Below, one piece after another: positions 52,998-64,000 of a stretch of 64,000 nucleotides of DNA. Below the pieces are notes generated by a model. The model made no database searches. It was not told the DNA's origin and saw nothing but the letters and a program-made list of their open reading frames with translations. The translations under genes were made by a program, and so were the position numbers. Source of the DNA: Lytechinus pictus (taxonomy: Eukaryota); the NCBI RefSeq assembly GCF_037042905.1, contig NC_087251.1, forward strand, positions 20,338,001 to 20,402,000, read 5' to 3'. How positions within the stretch are numbered: the first letter of the stretch is position 1; each line of letters opens with the position of its first letter.

Positions 52998-55900
52998 ATG
53001 ATTGATTTTGATATGATTACGAACATTTCCAATAATTCCAATGACGTTATTAATGATATTGGTGCTAATAATGATGAACTAACAATTGATTTAGATCCAA
53101 ATGATGGGGCTTCGAGTGTCATATCCTCAAACTACTACACTCAGGCTTCAGCCAAAAACATTTTCAAAGGTTTACCTTCTTCCTGCTTGTCTATTTTGCA
53201 TCTTAATATCAGAAGCCTTAACAAGAATTTTGAACAATTTCGTTTATTTTAGATAACTCAGGTGTTCCCCAAAATACAGTAATAGGTTTAACTGATACAT
53301 GGCTGTCAGATAAATATATTAATATGAATGCACTCCCAGGTTATGATATACTTACAAATAATCGTGTTGATGAAATTGGTGGTGGTGTTGCAATTTTTGT
53401 GCCGAGTCAATTTGAGTATGTTATTATTGAAGACATGAATTTAATGAATGAAACTGCAGAAACTCTATTTATTGAAATTAGTGATCGTGATAACAGAAAA
53501 AACTGTATTGGGAGTTGTTTGTAAGCCTCCTCGCAGCAATAGTGCTGATTTTCTAGACACTTTAAATAATTTACTACATTATCATTCTGTTCAAAACAAA
53601 AGATGTATCATAATGGGAGACTTTAACTATGACCTGTTAGCGAGTGATACTAATATTTTTGCAAATGACTTTTTAGAGACATTCCTTTCTGCCTCCTTTT
53701 TGCCACTTATTTCTAGACCCACTAGAATCACTAATACTTCCGCAACTCTGATTGACAATTTTTTCTCCAATATACGTTCAGAATTTAAAGCTGGTATAAT
53801 TATCTCAGACATGTCTGATCATTTCCCAATTTTCATGTATTGTTCTAATCAATATCAGCCAAACAAACTTCCCGATTATGTTTCTAAGAGGCGTGTGTAT
53901 AGTGATATAAATATATCTCGTTTGAAACAGAGTTTAAAAGAAGAATCTTGGGATAATGTATTTAGTATAGATTGTGTTGACGAGTCCTACGAAACATTTA
54001 TTGATACCTTCATGAGTCATGTTAATGAAAATATTCCTTTTGCAAAGCCCAAGTCCAAAAATTATAAAAGATCACACAGAATACCTTGGATAACGAATTC
54101 AATTCTTCGTTCGATAAATAGAAAAATCGATTATACTATAAATATATATATAGATTAACTGAGAATACTTGGAGTCAATATACTAATTATAAGAATATAC
54201 TAACAGGGGTCATCCGTACTGCTAAAAAGGCATATTACCATGATCAATTTAATCAATGCAAGAATGATCTTAAAAAACATGGAAATTGATCAATTCTACC
54301 ATCAATAATGGACCAAAGTTTTCAAAGATAACTAAGCTTATGCGTAATGATTCTATTATTGAAGATAAAATTCAGATGGCAAATATTTTTAACAATTACT
54401 TTTCACAAGTTGGACTTAAGCTCTCTAGAAATATACCAACAAACTCCCATTCATTTAATCAATATCTGGGGGATAGAAATCAAAGTTCTATGTTTTTCTC
54501 TCCTACGAACGCACAGGAGATAATTAAAATTATATCTAGCCTAGAATCAAATAAAAGTGCAGGATTTGATAACATTGATAACAACCTTTTACAGAAAACT
54601 ATGAATTATATAATTGACCCTCTTATTTATATATTCAATTTGTCATTATCATCGGGAAATATTCCAAAATCAATGAAAATTTCTAAGATAATACCAGTCT
54701 TCAAAAAAGGTGATAGTTCCTTAGCAAGTTACTACAGACCTATTTTATTGCTTACAAACTTATCTAAAATTCTTGAAAAATTGGTTCACATACGAACCAT
54801 ATGGTTTTTTTAAAAAGCACAACATCCTATCCGATACTCAATTTGGTTTCCGGGAAAAGAGTAGCACTTCCCACGCAAGACTTTCTTTGGTTCAAACAGT
54901 TGCCAAAGTTTATGACAATTCTTCGAATACGATTGGTTTGTTTTTAGATTTTTCAAAAGCATTCGATACAGTTGATCATAACATTCTCCTTTATAAACTT
55001 TCTCATTATGGAATTAAAGGGGAACCACTAAAGTGGTTCAAGAATTATCTAACCGGGCGTTCACAGTTCGTTTCACTTGATTGTAATTTTTTTAACGTAA
55101 ACCTGTCCTTTGTGGAGTTCCACAGGGCAGCATTCTTGGCCCACTTTTGTTAATTACTTATATAAATGATATTGATATGTCATCTAAATTGCTTCAATTT
55201 ATACTTTTCGCTGATGACTCTAATATATTTCTGTCGCACCCCGACCCAGAGCAATTGACGCAAATATTCAATGACGAACTAAAAAATGTTTCTAATTGGA
55301 TAACAGCTAACAAACTATCTCTTAACCTAGAAAAAACTAGCTACATGCTATTTAGCAACAAGATTACGACTGTACCAAAAGATGTAATTTTGAATGATAC
55401 TGTCATTCAAAGAGTGCGATCTACTAAATTTTTGGAACTGATCATTGACGAAAAACTTTCTTGGAAAGCACGTATTGATAATATTTGTAAAATCATTGCT
55501 CGCAACATTGGTGTCATTAGAAAATTAAGTTACTTCTTACCTCATTATATTTTGTTATCATTGTATTCAACTGTAATTTTACCTTACTTGAATTACGGAG
55601 TTGTCGCGTAGGGTAACGCAGCGAATTCTCAAATTAATTGACTTTTTATTTTACAAAAAAAGAGTGATTCGTATTATTAGTCATGCATAATTCAGGGCAC
55701 ATACAAATATTCTGTTTTTGAGAAATAAAGTCTTGAAGGTTAAAGATTTATATTCTTTTCAACACGGACAATTAATGTACAAGTTTATCAATAAACATTT
55801 ACCGTTACCTTTTAATAATATGTTTGTAAAAAATGATACAATTCATAAGCACTTCACTCGCCAGGCGAGTTCCTTTCATTTACCTCTGAATAGAAATCGT

Positions 55901-56030
55901 TTGCACAGAAGACATTTGTTTTTACTGGTCCAAAATTATGGAATTCTTTTTCAAAGGATATTATACAATGTAATTCAATACAAAATTTCAAAGGAAAACT
56001 TAAAAAATGTCTTCTGAATTCATATTAGAT
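52998..56030 (+). pseudogene. LINE ORF2 (AP endonuclease + reverse transcriptase) with multiple frameshifts and stops
   Basis: Motifs HLNIRSL, GGGVAIFV, IIMGDFN, TLIDNFFSN, SDHFPIF, QFGFR, FLDFSKAFDTVDH and LFADDSNIF are spread over at least seven ORF fragments. Confidence 0.93.
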
Positions 56031-58603
56031 TATCGTTTTTTCCCAAAGTAATGTAATTCAGAACTTAATATGTAAATGTGTTGATTAATTTCTCTTTGTA
56101 TATATATTTAATCGTTTTATGATTTCTGTATACAGTGTATACTGAATCATTTATTTTTATTATTATTTATTTATTTTTATTTTTATTTTTTTATTCATAA
56201 TATATATATATATATATATATTGTTTATTTCTTCATTTTATCTTATTTTTTATATTCATAAAATTTACTTATAAAAGGGGGCCTTCACCCTACAAGCTCT
56301 GCTTTTTAGTTGGTCTCCTTCCCTTTCGATTTCATGGTTTTATTGTATTATAAAAAATGATTTAAATGTTATATTTTGTAAATATTTATATTGAACTATC
56401 ATTGTAAATGTAAAAAGATTGAAAGAGAAAATAAATGAATTGACTTGAATATAGGGTTATGTGTAGATATCAACACTATGTCTTAATATAACAACTCCTA
56501 TGTTTGAAGCTCAGGTTTTGATGGAATTTATCTTTTCGGAACTATGTTGAAATATGGGGAAGAATGATTCTAATCATGTTGTTTACCTTCATTACCTTGC
56601 ATTACACACATGACAAAAGGCTTTTGACAATGATACGGCGATCATAACATTGCCTATGGAACCGGAACGTGAATTTGAAGAGAACAATGTTATCACATTT
56701 GAAAGGTGGGCCGGCGGCATTGATTGCCTGATTACCAAACTAATATTAGTGGAGTATAATCGTACTTTCTTTTGCACTGGAATGTATAAATAAATCAATA
56801 AAAGCGAAATCAAAATACATAAAATTATTGAAGATGGGCAATGAGTTACGAAAGACAATCTGCAATTAAAAAAAATAAGAAGCATAAAACATAGGTCATG
56901 AAGCCGATCCTTTATCGGAATTAGAAACTGAATATCAGTTTTAAAAAAAATCTCAAAAACAGGTAAATTTACTAATTTTTATAATTTCGTAATAGCATTA
57001 AAAAGTAAAGTTTCCTATTTATTATCATCGTAAGATATTAACATGGTGAGAGCCTCACTGAGAGAGGCCCCTTCATCCTTCGTGGAGGCTGTTGAAGTAA
57101 TGTGATAATTAGGATCAGACGAGTTTCAACGAATGTATTTTGCTTGAAATACTGCTTCGAGAGAGGAAATAAAGTAATTTAGGGGTTACGCAAAGTGCAT
57201 TTTGAAAAGTTAATTCCTTTATTACATTTCAATTGTTATGAGTGTATTTATGATGGATTTTGTCTACTGTTTTGTTGGAAATGAGAAAAAATAAAAATGA
57301 AACTGAAACTGAAAGACGTTTCAAGACTGTTATAAGATTCAAATATGTATAAATTCATTATGCATTGGGGGTTAGAATATCGTGAGCACTTTTGCGCCAA
57401 AACCAAATGCAACTCGGTCGTTAACATGGTACATTAAACAATAGTACTCAAATACATATAGTTTATCAAATTGAAAGTTCACAAATCAATTACATCGGAC
57501 CTTTCTTGAGCTAGGATAGATGCGGGTAGGGTAGGTAATAGGGACTTTCCCTATAGAGGTCATTGTCAGTATTGCGGTGTGCCAATCTTTGGTGCATAGC
57601 TATGCTTCAGCCACACCCAACGAAGCGAGACCAGACCGATCAAAGATTTCGATTGATGCGGTGTCGGTCGGCATGGTAGGTTTGGTGTCGCATGTCGGTA
57701 GTATGACTAGGTCATTACATTCAGCATGTACAACAAAGGAAAGCGCACGCTTGAAAATTCACCCATGAACTCAAACCCTAGGCTATAAAATCGACTTGAA
57801 TAGACACACACTGTGCTCCATTTGAATCATGTTGTGCAGTAATTGCACATTTCTTTCGATTCGATTTACACAATTCCCTCCTCCTTTTTGGAAAATTTCA
57901 TCAACTGTCTCTTAATCCTTATTGGTTTTCTTTCAAAAGCAGCACTCCCCACAGTCAAGGTTTGCACATGAATAAGCAATAGCAGGCGTTCCTTAACATA
58001 CAACAAAAGACTACAGGATGCTTGCCAATTTTAATTTAGAAGGACCTTGGTGACCAAGTTATGAATATTCCGTCTATTCACGTCGTTCTTAAAAAGACAA
58101 CACTGCTCATCGCGCCCTACCCAGTAGCTCTGAGGAAGGTAAATTCCCCTGTCCTGTCCTTTAACGAACTTGACGAAAACATTTTGATTCATTCCATGTT
58201 ATGCCTTCTGGCTTTCTAAGAGACAAGGCTTATCAACATTGTCAACCATTCTTGCATGCTTCCACCGTACAGGATCTATTCGTTTAAATGATTTTACTCC
58301 AGGGAGTAGAATGTTGTATTTAAACTCGAAGACGCCAATCATACATTTCGACTATAGATGACATTTTATTGAATGAATACTGGTATAAATGAACATCATC
58401 ACATCGCATTGTGGAAAGAAAAAAAATCAGGATGCCTACTCTGTTTCATAGTATGCTTTTTATGATATTTATATTTTCGACGCTTTGCCGCCCCAACAGG
58501 GCCGGAAAAGGTAAATATACTTAATTTTTCCTTGATTTTATTAAATATATATACATATATATATATATAGAGAGAAATAGTCTGCTTCGGCATAAGGAAT
58601 AAA

Positions 58604-58940
58604 ATAATCACAAAAGGTTTAGTAAATGCCGTAGAAATAAAATCGTAGATTTTAAAAGGAGCGTAGCTCTCAAAAATGAAATGTAAAGTCGCACTCTTCG
58701 TCAGTGCCCATGATGTGACAAAAATAGAGAATTCAAATTCCGTTTCTGAAACAGTCGTGAAAAACACGTGAACAGACGTGTTTTTCACGACTGTTTCAGA
58801 AACGGATTTTGAATTCTCTTTTTTGTCACATCATGGGCACTGACGAAGATTGCGACTTTAACTTTCATTTTTGAGAGCTATGCTCCTTTTAAAAGCTACG
58901 ATTTTATTTCTACGGCATTTACTAAACCTTTTGTGATTAT
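58604..58940. repeat. 337-bp near-perfect palindrome (foldback MITE-like)
   Basis: Arms of ~165 bp (ATAATCACAAAAGG...GAAAAACACGT / ACGTGTTTTTC...CCTTTTGTGATTAT) around a 6-nt spacer near 58772. Confidence 0.9.
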
Positions 58941-60339
58941 ATATATATATTTATATATATTATAATTATACTACATATATATGGCATATATAAATAGTAA
59001 ATAATATATCTAAATTATATCTATATACTATATTTAAACAAATAATTAATAAATAGGTTAAAGTATTTTAAAACGATATCTCAGCCAAAGAATGTTATAT
59101 TATTGTAGCATTTGTAGTATATTACCCTTTGCGTCCCTTTAAGGTGTGTGTTTAAAGACATTTGTATCAAAAAGGATAGCAGATGCATACTGATCTCGGT
59201 AACAAGAAAGCCATCGCCAATTTATTGATTTTAATTTATCTTATTACATATATTTTTTTTAATAATTAATGACTGTTACGTCGTAGTCATTCTTTATAAT
59301 TGTAATTGAATCGCGACTTTTCAGCCGGGACCACACTTGGCTAAAAATATTGGCCAGAACTCTGAGGAGTTGATCACTGGTAGTAGGAGACAATACCATG
59401 CCTCGAATATACCAGGGTTTTTTTGTCATCTTTGAAAAAAAATGCTTTAGTACTCCATGGCCCAAGCACAGATCCTTTTAAGATTTTCCTTGGATGGCTT
59501 GTATATTTATATTAAAAAAGAAAACAATTCACAATCATAGAAATTTTACCTATCTGAAATTGTGGTAAATAGATGTTTAAACTTTCAAACATTAAACATT
59601 GTCCTTTGAAAAATATTTTTTTGTATTCATGGATAATGATAATAAAAATAATGATAAAAATAATAATAACAATGATAAAAATAATAATGATGATGATGAT
59701 AATGATAATAATAATGATAATAATATCTAATAATAATAATACAAGGAGCTTTATATACACTTATATGTTTTTATAAGCACTCGATAAAATATGCTATTTC
59801 CCACAAATTACACTTATTGCACGTCTGCACAAGTGACAAATCTCATCATTACACAAATTACTAGAATTAACCCGTTTCGCATCATTTCATATCACGGGTA
59901 TTAAGATCATTTTAATATTCTTGGTATAAGCGAATATTTGTACGAATCCCAGATCTACATGATCAGGATGTCAATGTTTTATCCCGGTAAAGTCTATTTA
60001 TTTCATATAATATACAAAAGCTCTGTTTCTCCATGCCCATTGAAGATCAAAATGAGTGTAGAATAAATATGTCAGAACGAATAATTATGAACCTTTCATA
60101 TTTTTGGGGCCACTTTATAAAACTTTAATTTCCTGTTTATTCAAGAGTGCAAAACCAGAAGATTGCGTGCTAGAAACATAGTGGGTTAGTTAGATCGATC
60201 TATACATTTTTAGATGCTTTTAAACATGCCAGTTAGTCAACGTTTTATATGCAATATTCAGCGAAAACTAACACTTCCATGATCAAATGTTACTTAATTT
60301 TATAAACCCGACCTCAGAAAAATAGTTTTAAGAGGATTA

Positions 60340-60386
<47 letters not shown>

Positions 60387-60408
60387 TACATACATACACA
60401 TACATATA

Positions 60409-61010
60409 CATTTGAGGCCAGACGTTTAGAGACACCCAGGAAATTGACAAATGCCAAACATCATACAATTTACCGTAACTTATAAAATATCATGACAAAT
60501 TTAATAGAAAACAAATGAGTATGTCATGCCCCTTCATCACATTGCTTTGTCATCAGGAGCTGAAAATTATTTAGGTGTCATTTTTTCCCCTAAATCTTCA
60601 TATTTTAGACAAATTAAAGATAAAAACTTGACAAAAACATTTCATATTCTCAACACAAACATTTCAGATTACACTTTTTTTGTTCAGTGGTCATATATAT
60701 ATATATATATATATATTTATAAAATAGGTGTATTATTTCAAGCATCGCGATTGGCCAATACGCGTCACATGACATCCAATTTTTTTGGTGCACTGCACGG
60801 CAGTGCAAAAGGTGCGCAACGAAAATTGACATTGCACGCTCAAGCAAACCAATGCGGTAGAAGTCCCGGGAGAAGTCCAACAAAACTGTACTGTAATTTT
60901 TTAAGAATTTGTTTCTGTGTTGACAAAACTTGACAAAAACATTTCATATTTGTGCTAGTTACTTCTCAACACAAACATTTCAGATTACACTTTTTTTGTT
61001 CAGTGGTCAT
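60409..61010. mobile_element. Tc1/mariner-like MITE, left part, with a partial internal duplication
   Basis: TA+CATTTGAGGCCAGACGTTTAGAGACACCC resembles the TIR at 26829-26857. 60624-60693 is repeated at ~60925-61010. Confidence 0.6.
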
Positions 61011-61547
61011 ATATATATATATATATATATGTATATCAACCAAGGCTATCATAAATCTTTTAGTTGAAATATTGAATACAAAAGGCCGGACTTCCAGAAT
61101 TAATAAAGATGACCAAAAACTTTTTTACAGAAAATGGGGGCTTGAATCGATTCATACTTTGTGCTAATGATCTAATGATGAAATATATTGGCTTCATAGA
61201 AATTTGACATTTTTAATAGAATAAATCGATTTACCAATTTCAAATGATATCAGTCACGAAATCGATCTTATTATCAAAGTTAATCGTGCGTACGAGTATA
61301 TCGATTATTCAAAATTTGAATTTCAACCTTCATTTTCTTTGTCACCGAACGTTCCTTAACATTTGTTAATTTTATATCAATTCTCATCGTCACAGATTAT
61401 TTTCAAGACTCATAATCTTCATTTTTTTTTCAAAATGAACGACAAAGAAACGTAATGTGAGGCTAATTTGTTATTTTTATTTCGTAAATTATTACGTGAC
61501 AAATAATTATGAATTCAGAATTTTTCTGGTTCTAATATGAACTTAAA

Positions 61548-63603
61548 CAGTGGCGTAGCAGGCGGGGGGGGGAGCAGGGGGCAAGTTGACCCCCCTGGCG
61601 GATTTCACTGGGAAAATAAAAAAACGGGGAAAAGAAAAAAGGGAGAAAGAGAGGAAGGGAAAGTGAAAAAAAGAAAGAAAAAGAGGAAAGGGGAAAGGGA
61701 AAAAGTGAAAAGAAAGCGACAGAAAGAAAGAACATAAATAGAGAAAATGGAAAGAAAGCAGGAAAATGAACGAAAAAACATTTGAGAAAGTACAAAATAT
61801 CCTGAAATAATAATACATTAGCATGATTAGCAAAAGAGGGATATAAAATCAAAAGATATGACTTAATGGTGCAGGCAAGAATGGCGGGAAAATGTGAGAA
61901 AGAGGCAAAAAGAAACGGGAAATGAAGGAATAGACAAAAGCTAAATTGATAAATCAGAATATGACGAAAAGGGACAGAAAAAAAAAGAAAATAACTTAAT
62001 AACACGACCAGGCTGCCGATGATTAAGAAATATGAAGAACGGGAAGAAATTGAGCATATTATAAGCTTGCTAAATTTTATGCAATAATGATCGCAATCAG
62101 GCCAAAAAAATCCTTAGCCAAGGGCTAGTTCTATACCCCCATGTCGATTTAACCTATAAGTAAAGCTTTACGCCTGCTAGATTTACCGTACAAAGCCTCT
62201 CAATGTTTACTTTGGCTAAATTTTCAAAGATCACATAATTAGAATTTAATTTCAAAATCTTTTTATAAAAGGCCAAATTTTTCTGGCTCGCTTCGCTCGC
62301 TGGTGACATTTTACAGATTTTACCACATTTGCTATGTTGTGCTGCGTCAAAATATTTCGTGTATTATCCGCAACTGCTTTGAAGTTATGTGTTGTGTATA
62401 CCCGCGGTTTGATAATAAAGTGGCCATCTGCAATGTTTAAAAATATCGCGAGGTTCCGGGGGCTCCGTCCCGGACCAGTGACGATACCAAGGGGGAGGCA
62501 CGGGGGCATTTGCCCCAATGAGTTAGCCCCCACTTCTCCCCCCCCCCGAAATTTTGAAAAATAAAAAAAGATTTGTAGTTAATATTGTCATAAGTATCCT
62601 AATAAATCTGCAAAGTGCTCCAAAACAGCTTTTCGTTCTTTAAATTTTGAAAAAAAATTCATTCACTGTTAGCTCCCAACAATGCATGTCAACATAAATC
62701 TGTCAGGTCATTATATGAAATTCAAAATTTCGCTCGCGCTACGCGCTCGGAGTAATTGTTGACTGAGATAAGTATATTATTTGTTCACACAAGGGCATAA
62801 AAATCCAGAGTTCAAATCAATATGCTCTCGCGATTAGAGTTTTCATTATTCGTTTTATACGAGATACACATCCGGCGTATTCATAAGTTTCATAAATCAA
62901 CAATTTTCATCTCGCGCTACGCGCTCACATCAATTGTTCAGTTAGATAGCCATCCAGTTCATGATAAAAGTGCTTAGAACGTCCAGTTATCGTCTCAGGA
63001 TATAGAAAAAATTTCAGCTCGCGCTTCGCGCTCGCATTATTTATTTGGTGAGATATAATCTGCATGATCCAATTCAAACAGCTGGTCATTAACAGGTCCC
63101 TTTTCAAGTCAGTAGTGCCTACATTGAAAAAAATAACTCAGGCTTCTCGCTCAAATTTTTGAAATGGGCAAAAAAAATTAGTGTTGCCATCCCCCCAAAT
63201 GTTATTTTGCCTCCCCTAGGTTAAAAATCCTGGTGCCGCCACTGCGCTGGACCAAATCCGCATAGCACTGGCCAAGACCAAAAAAAGAAAAAAGGAATGG
63301 AAAGGAAGATTTAAGATTTGATGTTTTCTGAATAACTTGTCAAAATCAATCTCAGAGTTACATTCTCATGAAAAGGTGATTTTTTTTCTCGCTCGCTTCG
63401 CTCGCTCGGGACTTGTATTAAGCAACTTTTTTGCCGCGCGCGTCACGCTTTTCCCCCTCTTTTTTGTACTTATCACGCATTGAGCTGCTTCGCCCTAATG
63501 CTTGGGCACAATCATAAAATATCTTGTTCATACCATGATATGACCGGGACATTTTTGGCTCTTGCCCCCCCCCCCCTGGCCACCGACCACTGTTACGCCG
63601 CTG
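61548..63603. mobile_element. 2056-bp hAT-like non-autonomous composite element
   Basis: TIR CAGTGGCGTAGCAG / CTGTTACGCCGCTG. Perfect 8-bp TSD AACTTAAA. Shares the purine-rich tract and right end with 30276-31857. Confidence 0.85.
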
Positions 63604-64000
63604 AACTTAAAACAATCATTTTTCACAATAATTTTGTTACCGTTATGATATATCAAGAGATTCTATAAAAGCCCTAAATTACATTTGGAGCAAAATTGAA
63701 CATAATGGTTGGTCCCATTAAATAGAATTGAATAACAATTGTATTAAAGCGGTCCCAATAGTGACTGAATGACTAAATACTGTGTTACTGTAATTATCAT
63801 TGAAACATTTCATCTATGTTTGTCTTCAGACAAGTTATCAGATCTGTCAAATTTCTTTGATTCTGATTGACTGAAAAGCATTGTTACTATGGTAAATGTC
63901 AGATAAAACAGGACTTGCATAAAACAAGCCCTATATCATGAAACGCTTCGTAGTCCCACTTTGCAGCTGTTACCCCGGCTCATTCTTACAGCAAAACTAC

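Larger units (their letters stand above)
52080..56450 (+). mobile_element. Near full-length CR1/L2-group (Crack-like) non-LTR retrotransposon
   Basis: ORF1, then APE-RT ORF2 remnants, then an AT-rich 3' UTR ending AATAAATGAATTGACTTGAAT. Boundaries are approximate. Confidence 0.9.

Noticed and set aside
57780..58330. Possible decayed coding sequence on the minus strand (ERKPIRIKRQLMKFSKKEEG, faintly L1/Tx1-like)
   Set aside because: Too short and broken to assign without a translated search.

Overview
AT-rich, intron-style eukaryotic DNA. The repeat repertoire suggests a marine invertebrate, probably an echinoderm or sea urchin (inference only). (1) 1-22047 is an array of nine related ~2.0-3.3 kb copies of a non-coding rolling-circle (Helentron/HINE-type) element. 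It has 14-bp subterminal inverted repeats, a 5' hairpin, a 3' hairpin plus CTAG end, and TCTA microsatellites. The 5' end modules are stacked in two clusters (3 and 4 copies), separated from most element bodies, which looks like repeated self-insertion. Every copy carries a tRNA-Lys-like Pol III cassette. Six carry a 193-bp CATG-ended P-like element, and one carries a private IS3EU-like foldback insertion. (2) One intact, intronless clade-B-like serpin CDS lies at ~27960/27996-29141 (predicted P1-P1' Arg-Cys). A decayed serpin paralog fragment is present twice inside an apparently identical 3647-bp tandem duplication (35799-43096). (3) A CR1/L2-group LINE has an open ORF1 and a broken ORF2 (~52080-56450). 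(4) The rest is dense, often nested, non-autonomous DNA transposons (hAT-, PIF/Harbinger-, piggyBac-, Kolobok-, Academ-, MULE- and Tc1-like), short palindromic P-type excision-footprint candidates, and microsatellites. Most short ORFs in the track are spurious. Superfamily assignments rest on terminal motifs and TSD length, not on database searches.
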